Source: Candidatus Heimdallarchaeum endolithica (GTDB lineage: Archaea; Asgardarchaeota; Heimdallarchaeia; Heimdallarchaeales; Heimdallarchaeaceae). Taken from it: DNA of 64,000 bases. Under the pieces are notes generated by a model. That model saw nothing but the letters and a program-made list of their open reading frames with translations, was not told the DNA's origin and did no database searches. The stretch spans positions 608,001 through 672,000 of the forward strand of contig CP084167.1 in assembly GCA_021513715.1 (NCBI GenBank), in the 5' to 3' direction. How positions within the stretch are numbered: position 1 is the stretch's first letter; every line of letters begins with the position of its first letter. The position numbers and the translations under genes are program-made. Shown piece by piece: positions 54,013-64,000 of the stretch.

Positions 54013-54554
54013 TTTTTCACCTCAAAATAATTATCTTCTCTGGGATTACTTTCATTATAATATTCTTGTTGTACATATTTTCGCCAGTCGAAGTCCTTTC
54101 TAAACGGAGGAGGGCCATCCCAGTCTTCCAACATTAGTGGAGTAAGATTAATGTTTCCTTTAAAAATCACGCCATAAAACTCATGGCATTCTCTTTCACA
54201 TAATTCTGCATTTTTACTCCATAGAGAAGTAACAGAAGATATTGTAGGATTTTCTCTATTTATCCTTGCTTTTATCGTTAAAAGCATTTTTTCTTTATAG
54301 GACCATAAATGGTAAGCAATTTCAAAATTATTCTTTTCAATCCAATCTGTAACACTTATTGTAGAAAGATGTTCAAAACCCATATCATAAGCAATCGAAC
54401 AAGCATCTACTATTTCTTTAGGTTCAATAGATACCCAAAGTCTTTTTTTTCTTTGGATATTAACCTTCTTGTTTAATTTCTTACTTAAAGCCGTTACAAT
54501 TTTTTCTTCTTTATAATTATTCTTCTCTTTCTCTACTACACTCATTTTACTCAC
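54009..54554 (-). CDS. NuoC/MbxK-like subunit
   Basis: ERECHEFYGVIFKG..L..DW...PPFRKDF motif. Confidence 0.88.
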   Translation of the reverse strand: MSKMSVVEKEKNNYKEEKIVTALSKKLNKKVNIQRKKRLWVSIEPKEIVDACSIAYDMGFEHLSTISVTDWIEKNNFEIAYHLWSYKEKMLLTIKARINRENPTISSVTSLWSKNAELCERECHEFYGVIFKGNINLTPLMLEDWDGPPPFRKDFDWRKYVQQEYYNESNPREDNYFEVKK

Positions 54555-54991
54555 TCATCCGGCATTCCATGAACATGTTGAACTATTTTGAAAACAGCAT
54601 CAAAAACAGCTTCAGGTCTGGGAGGACAACCAGGAATATACATGGTTACAGGAAGATAATCTTCAAGCTTCTTAACAGTGTTATATGAATCCCAATACAT
54701 CCCACCTGTTATTGGACATGAACCCAATGCTAAGACAAACTTTGGATCAGGCATTTGCTCATAAATCTTTTGTGCTCTCTTCATTGATTTTGGTGTCTGA
54801 AAACCAGCAATAAACAACACATCAGCCTTTCTTGGTGAATTAACTGTTATCATTCCAAAACGTTCCATATCCCACCTTGAACCTACAACTGGGACAAGTT
54901 CAGTAAATCCACAAGAGTTAAACCAATTAAAAACCCAAATAGCTTTTACAAAATATTTCATCACAGTTTTCTTCTTAACCATCCTTTCCAC
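54551..54991 (-). CDS. NuoB/MbxJ-like Fe-S subunit
   Basis: DMERFG, SPRKAD, QMPDPKFV..GSC, PGCPPRPEA motifs. Confidence 0.9.
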   Translation of the reverse strand: MERMVKKKTVMKYFVKAIWVFNWFNSCGFTELVPVVGSRWDMERFGMITVNSPRKADVLFIAGFQTPKSMKRAQKIYEQMPDPKFVLALGSCPITGGMYWDSYNTVKKLEDYLPVTMYIPGCPPRPEAVFDAVFKIVQHVHGMPDE

Positions 54992-55575
54992 TTTCTTCTC
55001 TTTTGTTTAGAAACACAATACACAAATTCTTGCTATAATTATTTAAAAAAAAATCTACTTACATATATCTTTTAGGGTAAGGATTTAATCGTTTTGCTAT
55101 ACTTACAAGCCCAAAAATGATAAAATAGGTCAATGACTTTTCGGATAACCGAACATTAATCAGTATAAACACCTGTCTAATCGTGTGAATAATTACGCAC
55201 ATGTTCAAAATGGTGAATAACTGCGAATTAATTAACAATATATGTGTTTAAGAAAAAGCACATCTGCATTTAAGAATAGAAATTAATCAAACTATTAAAT
55301 CTAAGAATTTGAGGAAATAGATAAAAAAGTAAAAAAAAAGGAAAATAAAGAGACATCTACATTTATAACTTATAATACTCAAATAAATAAAAAAATTGTT
55401 ATAAATGTGAAGGAAAATTTGGTTAAGGTGTTCAGGAAAATAAACATTTGTAACGTGGTTCCCGTATGGGTAAGTTAATAACGTACAATCTGTTCTCCAA
55501 TAAGCAAATAAATTTTCTTATCAAATCTTTTAAACTGTTAAATAAAAGAAAGAAGAAAAAAAAAGAGTGTAAAAA

Positions 55576-56136
55576 CTATTTTGATAATAGCTCAATAAAA
55601 TTAGAAACAAATTTTTCGACTTTTTCCCAATCTCGTAAATCGATTACTTTATTCTTTGTATCATCATATTGTTTGGAAATAATTTCGACCATCTTTTTAT
55701 CTAACCAGGTCATTTTGCTTTCAGGAGACAAATCAAGTTTTCCTCCAAATGCTTCAACTAAATTAAAGTTTAATCCGTATTTTTGTAGTCTAGAGAATAT
55801 ATATTCATTCTTTATGCTCTCATATTTCTCAGGATCTGCTGCAAAGGCAGAAGAAACAAAAAAAGCTTTAATTCCAATGTATTTTTTTAATGCTTCCTTT
55901 TCGTTTTTTACGAATTTTTTCACACTTTTTACCCACATAGACATCTTAATTCCAGTTCCAATAATAAGACCAGAATAATTGTTTATTTTTGGAAGTTCTT
56001 GTTTTTGAATTTGACCTAAGTCAATAATTTCAACATAAAAGTTATTTTTTTCCAATAATTCTTTAATTCTTTTAGTTACCTCTTCTTTGGCACCGTATCT
56101 AGAGCCAAAGACAATTAAAATTTTTTTATCATTCAT
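55576..56136 (-). CDS. Flavodoxin-domain (HemG-like) protein
   Basis: FGSRYG, FGGKLD and DLRDWEKV motifs. Confidence 0.85.
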   Translation of the reverse strand: MNDKKILIVFGSRYGAKEEVTKRIKELLEKNNFYVEIIDLGQIQKQELPKINNYSGLIIGTGIKMSMWVKSVKKFVKNEKEALKKYIGIKAFFVSSAFAADPEKYESIKNEYIFSRLQKYGLNFNLVEAFGGKLDLSPESKMTWLDKKMVEIISKQYDDTKNKVIDLRDWEKVEKFVSNFIELLSK

Positions 56137-56213
56137 AAAAAAAGCAATGCTTGGTTATATTAAAATCTAGTGAAATATAATAATTGAAGAAAATTGTAAA
56201 AAAAAGAAAAAAA

Positions 56214-57893
56214 TTATAATCTAATTCCGAATGTGGATAATTTCACACTAAACAAGAAAACAAAGAATACAATTGACCACACAGATCCTATAATACTGAG
56301 AATCAAAGCTTTTTTGTTTATTCCATTTTTCATTTCTGTTTTTTGAGCTTCTTTTGAAATAAAGTAAGAAATAAGAGAAAATGGAAAGATAAATAAACCT
56401 ATTTTCGAAAGTTTAAGTGCAAAACTCGATTCAGTATGTTTTTCTCTATTGTTTCTATTAAGATCTACCCAGTCGACATTGTAAAAGTTCCCTTGAACAT
56501 TCAATATATCTTTCTTCCACCACCTTTTTTCTGTTTCTTGTTTAGGTTCCTTTATGAAAAGATTGCGTAGAAAAACAATTATCCACTTCATGCTACCAAA
56601 ATAGCCTATTTTCTCCCAGAAATAAGTCAAAACGTGGTAAAAAGCAAGCGACAATATTATCACAATAATTGTTCCACTCCAAGGAAGTCTTACATATGTG
56701 TCAGTCATTACTAAGCTAACAATAAAGTAGAACAAATTGTAGAAGTATTGCATGTTGTAAATAGTAAAAGGAATAAAACCTAATCGTCTAATGAATTTAG
56801 TGTGGTTAGCAAAAATAGCACCTTTTCCTCTGAATTCAACTATTCGAAACATTACAGAGATTAAACAAAAGGAAAAACCATTTAAACTCAAAAATTGGAA
56901 AAGCCATCCAACTACTGGAACACCATTCTCTGTTGTCCAATATCTATGTTCACTTATATGTAAATACAAGTTTAGCCCTGCATCCATTCCTTGATTATTG
57001 ATAACTAAGAATACGTTTAGAAAGACACCTATTATTCCAATAACAAACATTGCAATACTTATGAAAAAGAACTTTTTTAGAAAAGAAAGTTTAATTTTCT
57101 CTTCTTTTTGAGAGATATAAATTCCAAAAATACTCCCAGCGAAACTTGCAGTTAAATAAGGAAAGACTGGTTCCCACATTGCAGCTAATGGACCAAGGAA
57201 AAAGCGTAAAACAAACTGTCCGAAGGAAGTTATACCAATTACACCAAATTCTACATTTTTTCCTGTAGCAGGATCAATAGCATAGGGATAACCAGGAACT
57301 AATTTATCTGATATAAACCACATTAGAGGAGTAAAAGCAAGAGCTAACACAGCAAATAAGCTATAGAAAATAATTAAAGTAGAAGGCTTTCTCCATTTTT
57401 CGTTTCGTATAAGAAGCGCATGAACGATACCATTTATAATAATGCACCACGCAATTGTATGAACAGTCTCAAAAAATAAGAAACGCCATAAGGCTTGATC
57501 ATATGTTCCTGCTTTTAAGTTGTTTAAATGAAGAAAAACTTCACCAATTGTTCCGTGATAACCTAAAATAGATTCAGATAACATCGCAAAAAAGAGAAGA
57601 AAAGAACCAGTAATTACTTGACGAAGCATAATCTGTTTCCAATTATCCCCTCTTGCTAATTGTCTTTGCATAGAAATCATATTTCCTATAGCTGAAATAA
57701 TTAGAAAAAGACCTGCAAGTCCGCCTAGAAAAGGAAGAACAACCAGTAATAAAACTTGAAATAAAGGTAATTGATCTAATTTAGCAACTAAGGAATCAAT
57801 ATCAAGGGTATCACTTATTATATGAAGCACAATCATAAGAAAGATAGATATTCCTCTCAAGAAATCAATAGTAAAAAATCGTTTTTTAATCAT
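56214..57893 (-). CDS. Polytopic membrane protein (DUF1624/HGSNAT-like N-terminus), possible acyltransferase
   Basis: RFFTIDFLRGISIFLMIVLH motif and many TMs. ATG at 57893 preferred over the track start at 58010. Confidence 0.7.
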   Translation of the reverse strand: MIKKRFFTIDFLRGISIFLMIVLHIISDTLDIDSLVAKLDQLPLFQVLLLVVLPFLGGLAGLFLIISAIGNMISMQRQLARGDNWKQIMLRQVITGSFLLFFAMLSESILGYHGTIGEVFLHLNNLKAGTYDQALWRFLFFETVHTIAWCIIINGIVHALLIRNEKWRKPSTLIIFYSLFAVLALAFTPLMWFISDKLVPGYPYAIDPATGKNVEFGVIGITSFGQFVLRFFLGPLAAMWEPVFPYLTASFAGSIFGIYISQKEEKIKLSFLKKFFFISIAMFVIGIIGVFLNVFLVINNQGMDAGLNLYLHISEHRYWTTENGVPVVGWLFQFLSLNGFSFCLISVMFRIVEFRGKGAIFANHTKFIRRLGFIPFTIYNMQYFYNLFYFIVSLVMTDTYVRLPWSGTIIVIILSLAFYHVLTYFWEKIGYFGSMKWIIVFLRNLFIKEPKQETEKRWWKKDILNVQGNFYNVDWVDLNRNNREKHTESSFALKLSKIGLFIFPFSLISYFISKEAQKTEMKNGINKKALILSIIGSVWSIVFFVFLFSVKLSTFGIRL

Positions 57894-58319
57894 TAAACAA
57901 AAAAAAAAAAAATCTTTGTTAAAAGTTTTTCCTAATGCTGAAAAAGCGTTTAACTGCAATAAAAAAGTAAAAATTTGTTGGAAATTTAGGTTGTGAATAA
58001 ATAGTATCATAGAAATGAAAAATCAGATTAAAACCATCACTCCCAAGAAAAGATTAAATTTTGGAGTTAGAATCAAAAAGTCATTATAACAAGAAAAAGG
58101 ATTTTTTGGGATTTACTAATTATTATCATCAACTTTGTTTTTGTAAGATTATACTCTTTCTACTGTTATTTTAAAAGCTTATCCAATAAAGTGTAAAAAC
58201 AGTTCTTGTTAGTGAATTTGTTAATAAGAAACAAATAAATGCTCTTTTTTTTCATTAATCACTAATATTCAATTTTAAAATGTTGAAAAATGGAAAAAAA
58301 AGGTAAGAATCAGCTTTTA

Positions 58320-60695
58320 TTATTCTATTTCTTCTTTTGTAACTTTGGGCATTTTCTTTGGCCACCAGTTCCATTTCTGAGCTAATGACATTATTGCTGG
58401 AACCAATATTGTTCTAATAAAGAAAGTGTCAACTAATACTGAAATACACAAGATAAAACCTATTTGATTCAATATCATCTCTGAGCTAATTAACAACCCT
58501 GAGAAGGCTATTGCCATTATTATTCCTGCAGCTGTAATTATTGTTCCTGTTTTTTCTACTCCTTTTATTATTGCTGATCTATCAGAATAACCTTTTTTCC
58601 TATATTCGCTTATCCTACTTAGAAGGAATATATCATAATCAAGTCCTAAACCCAGAACTATTGAAAAGCTAATTATAGGAACAATCCAGTAAAGAGAGTT
58701 CACCCCATTTAATACATTTGGGAATAACCAGTCTAACACATTTTGCTCAAAAACAAGAACTGCTAAACCAAAAATCCAACTTAAGGTTAAGCCTATTGTT
58801 ATTAGCAATCTCAAGGGAATAAAGAGTGAACGAAACATAATTACTATTAGAACGTATACAATCAAAACTACTGTTAAGATCATATAAGGAAAAAGGCTTA
58901 TTGTTGTTTCTAGGGAATCAATCCAAAATATTGCTCCTCCGGCAAGAAAGATCTTATATCCAAACTCTTCTTCAAAATCCTCCATTAATTCTCTTGTGTG
59001 TTTCACCCAATCCAGAGCTTCTTTTCCTTGAGGGTCAAAAGGAGTAATGATTTCAAAGAGTGCAGAAGAATTGTCTGATGTAGCATAATTAATCCACATT
59101 TGTTTATAAAGAACAGAATCACCATCTGATACTGATGGATTCAAAAGCATAGAGGCATAAAACCAAGGAATTGCTTGACCATTCAACCAAGATATACCAG
59201 TAATAGATTCATTCGTCAACATCGTTTCTTGAGATAGATTTGCAATGATCTTCTGACTATTAGTAAAAAAATCTGGTGTTCTTACTCCATTAGTTTCATT
59301 AGTTTGAAAAATTAAATAATAGGGAAGTAACTGACCAGCTTTAAAATCGTCCTCTAAAAGAGCATAAGCATCCCATGTTTGAGTATTTCTAGGTAAAAGA
59401 TGTTTGTTCTCCAAACTAAGATCCATTTTCATTACATTTATAGATATTGGAATAGCAATAACTAAAACTAGTAAAATTATTGCAATTGCATATTTTTGAG
59501 AAAACTTTGTAATAGTGACCCAATTTATTTTCTTTTTTATTTTTTTGATATTTTGTTTAATTCTCTTATTTTTTCCATTATTCTGCATTTTCTCGATTTT
59601 CTTTTCTATTTTCTTGATATATTTTTCATTATAGAAGAATTTACCAAAAGTAAGCAATGCTGCAGGAGTAAAAGTCAGATTTGTAAACAAAGTAACAACC
59701 ACAGTAACGCCAGCTGATAATCCCAAAGAAGCAATAGCATTAACAGGAAAGAACATCAATCCTAGAAAACATACTGCAAGAGTTAAACCAGAAACAAGTA
59801 TTGTATGACCGGAATGCTCATTCATTAATGAAACAGCAGTATAATTATCTTTACCCTTTTCTACTTCTTCTCTATATCTCGTAAGTAAAAACAAACTATA
59901 GTCAATAGATATTGCTATGACTAAAGACATCACAATACTCGGAGCAAAGGAAAGAATAGTATATATGTATGTAAATCCGTAAAGAATAAGAAAAGTTGTA
60001 AAAATACTAATTGCAATGCTAACTAAAGGAAGAATCATAAGTTTAAGTCTTCTAATAACCAACGCTAAAACAATTAGAGCTATAGGTAAAATAAATGAAT
60101 CCATTCGTTTTAAATTATCTATAATTGCAATACTAAAATCTCTGTCCATTACAGCTAATCCTGTAAGAAATATTGTGTATTCTTCATGATTCAAATTTAT
60201 TTCAGAAACAGTCTCTTCTACATAATCAATAAGATCAGCTTCCACTTTCTTATCTTCTACTTCATAAATAACAATAATCAATGTTGAAGTTAAATTCTCT
60301 GAAACAAATGATTGTGCTATATCAGATTGATTAATAGCTTGTAGACCATAATAACTGTAAACACCCTTAATTATTTGACTATCCTCAAATTTATCCAATT
60401 TATCCATTAGAGCAAAAGTATAATTTTGAACCTCTGTATTGAGAATAGACCTATTACTCTCTGATTTAATAATAATAATCAAACTTGTACTATTCGCTCT
60501 TTCAGGGAATTCTTGCTCTAAAAACTGTTGAGCCTTATATCCATCAGTATATAGCGGAGGTTCAACCACATTTTCTGTCCTATCAAAAAAATTAAACCCA
60601 AATGTTATCCCCAAAACAAGTATAATTATCCAAAATACTAGTATTGGTATTTTAAATTTCTTTATGTATTTGTTATATATATCAACAATCCCCAT
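58320..60695 (-). CDS. MMPL/RND-family transporter
   Basis: AISIDYSLFLLTRYREE and GLGLDYDIFLLSRISE motifs. ATG at 60695 with a GGTGG RBS. Confidence 0.92.
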   Translation of the reverse strand: MGIVDIYNKYIKKFKIPILVFWIIILVLGITFGFNFFDRTENVVEPPLYTDGYKAQQFLEQEFPERANSTSLIIIIKSESNRSILNTEVQNYTFALMDKLDKFEDSQIIKGVYSYYGLQAINQSDIAQSFVSENLTSTLIIVIYEVEDKKVEADLIDYVEETVSEINLNHEEYTIFLTGLAVMDRDFSIAIIDNLKRMDSFILPIALIVLALVIRRLKLMILPLVSIAISIFTTFLILYGFTYIYTILSFAPSIVMSLVIAISIDYSLFLLTRYREEVEKGKDNYTAVSLMNEHSGHTILVSGLTLAVCFLGLMFFPVNAIASLGLSAGVTVVVTLFTNLTFTPAALLTFGKFFYNEKYIKKIEKKIEKMQNNGKNKRIKQNIKKIKKKINWVTITKFSQKYAIAIILLVLVIAIPISINVMKMDLSLENKHLLPRNTQTWDAYALLEDDFKAGQLLPYYLIFQTNETNGVRTPDFFTNSQKIIANLSQETMLTNESITGISWLNGQAIPWFYASMLLNPSVSDGDSVLYKQMWINYATSDNSSALFEIITPFDPQGKEALDWVKHTRELMEDFEEEFGYKIFLAGGAIFWIDSLETTISLFPYMILTVVLIVYVLIVIMFRSLFIPLRLLITIGLTLSWIFGLAVLVFEQNVLDWLFPNVLNGVNSLYWIVPIISFSIVLGLGLDYDIFLLSRISEYRKKGYSDRSAIIKGVEKTGTIITAAGIIMAIAFSGLLISSEMILNQIGFILCISVLVDTFFIRTILVPAIMSLAQKWNWWPKKMPKVTKEEIE

Positions 60696-60802
60696 TTCAA
60701 CCACCCAAAATATGTTTATTGTATTGGCAATTTTTATTGTCGGCACTCTAAACATAACAACACCCTTATATAAACATAACCTTAAAACCATTCAGAAGAG
60801 AA

Positions 60803-61492
60803 ATGAATAATGGTTTCAGGATGAGAAAAGATCAAAGAAAAGAGTTGATTAAGCGAGTAACGATACAAAAAATGATTGAAGTGGGTATAGAAAATGTAAG
60901 TATGAAATCAATAGCTGAAGAAGCAAAGATATCAGACACATTACTTTATCGCTATTATCCCAGTAAATATGTGATTTTGTATGACTTTTTTCTGCATGAA
61001 TTTGATAGAATTGATGATAGGATTGAAGAAATCTTTGAAACAATAAAAATAATGATTACTGATCTTTATCAATCAATACCAATTTTAGTTAAAATATTGA
61101 AAAAATTGCTAAAAGAATTCAAGTATGGGTTATTATTATTGATAAATGAAGAAGAAAAATTGTTTACTTACTTAGAAGAAGGAAGAAAAATTTGGGAAGA
61201 GAAAGGAGAGAAAGTCCCCACTCTTTCTGTAGAATACTTTCTAAATAAACAAGCAGTAGAAGTTATTGCAGAGTATTTTTCCAGATGTAAAAAAGACGGA
61301 TTCTTCAAAGAATCAATAGACCCAAAAGTTGCTTCAATGATGCTTATTACAATAATCTGGCAAACAATAATAAAAAGACCATACAAGTTCTTAGAACCAG
61401 AGATGACTGAAGAAGAATACGACAAATTGCTTGATGGACAAATAGATATAATAATCAAGGCTTTGACTCCAAAGTCTAAAAGTGAAAAATAG
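60803..61492 (+). CDS. TetR/AcrR family transcriptional regulator
   Basis: G.ENVSMKSIAEEAKIS..LLYRYYPSK HTH; divergent from the MMPL gene. Confidence 0.9.
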   Translation: MNNGFRMRKDQRKELIKRVTIQKMIEVGIENVSMKSIAEEAKISDTLLYRYYPSKYVILYDFFLHEFDRIDDRIEEIFETIKIMITDLYQSIPILVKILKKLLKEFKYGLLLLINEEEKLFTYLEEGRKIWEEKGEKVPTLSVEYFLNKQAVEVIAEYFSRCKKDGFFKESIDPKVASMMLITIIWQTIIKRPYKFLEPEMTEEEYDKLLDGQIDIIIKALTPKSKSEK

Positions 61493-61536
61493 AATTAAAA
61501 CTTAAGAAATAAAAAAGAAGTAGATCCATTATTAAG

Positions 61537-61953
61537 TTAATCTCTGATAAGTTCAATGAAATCGTTGGCAAATTTTTCTACTTTTTTCCAATCTCTGAAG
61601 TCAACAATATTGTTTTTCAAATCTGGTTCATAAACCCATTTTTCTGGAAATACAGGTTGAACATCATACATGCTGTAAAAGAGAATAGTAGGTCTAGTTT
61701 CATCTTGAATTATTTCCCCATAAACTATTGGATGACCAAATTCTCCTTTTGTTAAATCAACCAAATGAACGTTTTCTCCTCCTAAATGGACAATTTTTTT
61801 CATTAACATTTCCGTCATTTTTTCTATTCCGTTTCCATCAGCGGATACGGAAGGTTGGCGGATAAATCGTCTAATTTCTTCAATATGTTTTGTTTCAAAA
61901 TCTTCCCTTATTTTTGAGTAAATTTTCTCAATATTCAATTTAATCACAAACAA
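61537..61953 (-). pseudogene. Chimeric remnant: M20 peptidase N-terminus fused to a flavodoxin C-terminus
   Basis: IRQPSVSA..PTILFYSMYDVQP..KW (M20 dipeptidase-like), then NNIVDFRDWKKVEKFANDFIEL, which resembles the end of 55576-56136. Confidence 0.7.
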
Positions 61954-62276
61954 GTCATATTGTTTATATAAATAGCTTTTAAGACTCTTTGCTAAAAGTA
62001 CAACTATTTTATTCTACTGTATTGGAGAAAAAGCTATCTTTGACTAAAAAAAACATATTTGTAAATTGAAATATGTGAGGTTATTGGCTTTTTTCTCTTA
62101 TCTCCGTTCTTTATACCAATATTATTAATATTTTCAATTATCTCAAAATTCGAAATATTAACACAGAAAACTTTTGCATAAGCTTTTTCATCGATTTGCT
62201 AAAATCAAAGATTTATTTGTTGAAATATTATTTAAAAAAATAAAAAGAGAAAATAAAGGAATAAAAAAATAATATT

Positions 62277-63917
62277 TTAAGAATTATAAAGTATTAGGAA
62301 ACGCTCCATGTAGTAAAGAAAAATTTGATTGAAATGTCCTGGAAAATAGATATCTGCAGCATGGCTTCCATATGGGAAAGTTAACAACGCACAATCTTTT
62401 CTTCCGTAATTTAAGTAAGTTTCTTTTATCAATTCTGATTCTTCTATTAACCTATCTTTCTCACCTTGAAAGATCAAACATGGAGGAGAATTTTGGTTAA
62501 TTAATAAACTTGGGTTGACCCACTCTTCTTTACTTCTTGTTGCAAATTCATACTGAACATTATTTGCTGGATAATAAGGGATTAACCCTTTTATTGTTAG
62601 TTTATCTGAAAAAATATTTGTATAATTTTCTGAAACTATAGATAACGCTGTTGCACAAGCGAGTTGACCTCCCGCTGATCCTCCTGAAATAAAAACAGAA
62701 GATAAGTTAGCTCCATATTTAGCAGCATTCTTTTCTAAATATAAAGTGAAATTTCCTATATGTCTCAACATATCATCGATTATAAAATCTCCATAGACAT
62801 ATTCGGGTCCTGATTGAAGAGAACCAAAGACTTGTGTATTATTATTTAAGCCATACTGGATATCAAAAACGATGTAGCCCTGAGCGGCTAGATATCTATT
62901 CATCATTTGAACATTCATCATTCCTTTATCTCCAATAACCCATCCTCCACCATGGATTCTGATAATTGTAGCGTTTCTTCCTGGTAAATCATTTGTAGGT
63001 TTTTTTGGTAAATAAGCATCGAAGTAAAGTTTAATGTTTTTATCAACCAAATAATTACTTTCACTCCCATCAAAGAAAAGAACGTTAGATATTGTTTCGC
63101 ATTCCGGATTACCAGTTCCTAGAAAATAACCAGTTAGCTGAAAAGGTGTTTCTAATAGATAATCTTCATAACCTGAATCTTCTATGATTTTTCTCCAATC
63201 ACCGTCGAAATAAGAATTGAACGCGTTACTAAATTCTTTGTCTGTAGAACTAATCGTAGAGGGAATATAGCCCATAGGAATAAAAGATATGGAACTAAAT
63301 GCCAATCCTAAAACAATAATAGTTGTAGCAGTGAATTTCATTTCGCTTATTTTTTTCTTTATTGTGTAAAGAAGGAAGAAAGTAGAATTGTAGATAACTA
63401 TCCCCAGTATTAAAGCTCCTGGAATAAAAAAAACGTTCATGAAGAAAAAGAGCGTGTTTTGAATTCTTGGAGCAAAGAAGATTATTATAGCAAATAAACC
63501 CATAATCATACCAAATAAAGCTTCTATTGTCAAGAGTATTTTCAAAAATTTGTAAAGGATCTTCTTTTTATTTGCTCTTACATCAACTTTGTTTCTGTTT
63601 TCCTCTTTCTTTTTTGAATCTAAAAAGAAAAACAGCAATATCACTAAGGGAATAAAAAAGAGGAGAATAAAGGTTAATAGAATGACTGAACTAAATAAAG
63701 CATTAACTACTTTATCGGGAGTGTAGCCTACAAAATTAATGAAAAAGAGAACAAGAACACTCAGATTTGTATATAGATAAAATATATAAGTTAATATCCT
63801 CACCCTTTTGAGCTCAGTTCCTTCTTTTTCTCTCACTTTGCCTATTAATGCAAAAAACAAACTGTTCAAGAAAATTGTGAGAATAATCAGTAAACCATTA
63901 ATGTTCCAAACAAACAA
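62277..63917 (-). CDS. Membrane-anchored alpha/beta hydrolase (HSL-type carboxylesterase)
   Basis: N-terminal TM bundle, HGGGW, GGSAG, and candidate catalytic Asp and His (GEKD, GSH). Confidence 0.88.
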   Translation of the reverse strand: MFVWNINGLLIILTIFLNSLFFALIGKVREKEGTELKRVRILTYIFYLYTNLSVLVLFFINFVGYTPDKVVNALFSSVILLTFILLFFIPLVILLFFFLDSKKKEENRNKVDVRANKKKILYKFLKILLTIEALFGMIMGLFAIIIFFAPRIQNTLFFFMNVFFIPGALILGIVIYNSTFFLLYTIKKKISEMKFTATTIIVLGLAFSSISFIPMGYIPSTISSTDKEFSNAFNSYFDGDWRKIIEDSGYEDYLLETPFQLTGYFLGTGNPECETISNVLFFDGSESNYLVDKNIKLYFDAYLPKKPTNDLPGRNATIIRIHGGGWVIGDKGMMNVQMMNRYLAAQGYIVFDIQYGLNNNTQVFGSLQSGPEYVYGDFIIDDMLRHIGNFTLYLEKNAAKYGANLSSVFISGGSAGGQLACATALSIVSENYTNIFSDKLTIKGLIPYYPANNVQYEFATRSKEEWVNPSLLINQNSPPCLIFQGEKDRLIEESELIKETYLNYGRKDCALLTFPYGSHAADIYFPGHFNQIFLYYMERFLILYNS

Positions 63918-64000
63918 ATTTGAGGGAAAAATGAAATAAATTGTTCCTGTAATAATGTTAAGAAGATTTAAAGCAAATAAAACCGAACAAATATAGAAAC

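Noticed and set aside
55466-55978. 170-aa + strand ORF and other short track ORFs overlapping long genes
   Set aside because: They are antisense or out-of-frame overlaps of well-supported genes and have no recognisable motifs.
60696-60802. TetR operator between the MMPL and TetR genes
   Set aside because: Only a weak imperfect palindrome is visible, which is not enough to call.

Overview
A very AT-rich prokaryotic window that looks archaeal (GGTGA/GGAGG ribosome-binding sites, HEPN-MNT and PIN toxin-antitoxin pairs, Mbx/Mbs-like subunits). The protein architectures suggest an Asgard (Heimdallarchaeia-like) genome, which is an inference. (1) 0.2-3.6 kb: a three-gene operon in which a 562-aa membrane protein ending in GGGGGGG-(CA)6-GGGR is followed 1 bp later by a PqqD/RRE-radical SAM-SPASM enzyme, a candidate RiPP-type maturase acting on a membrane-protein tail. 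(2) 3.8-32.2 kb: eight paralogous single-pass receptor-like genes (signal peptide, variable beta-helix, DxDxDG Ca-binding repeats, TM, coiled coil, conserved PCI-like winged helix and an IDxLxxxFSEWExxGxGKKx tail). They form a mosaic of near-identical patches. One IS481 sits between perfect 204-bp inverted arms that carry the identical 5' ends of two divergent genes. A second, frameshifted IS481 splits another gene and has a 16-bp target duplication. (3) 32-64 kb: accessory and housekeeping genes, including two TA pairs, msrA, flavodoxins, an ABC exporter, three more beta-helix surface proteins with short anchors, an interrupted LRR gene with the same C-terminal module as the receptors, a stand-alone Mbs/complex-I-like JKLN module, an MMPL/TetR pair, an esterase and several pseudogene fragments. 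No rRNA, tRNA or CRISPR array was seen.
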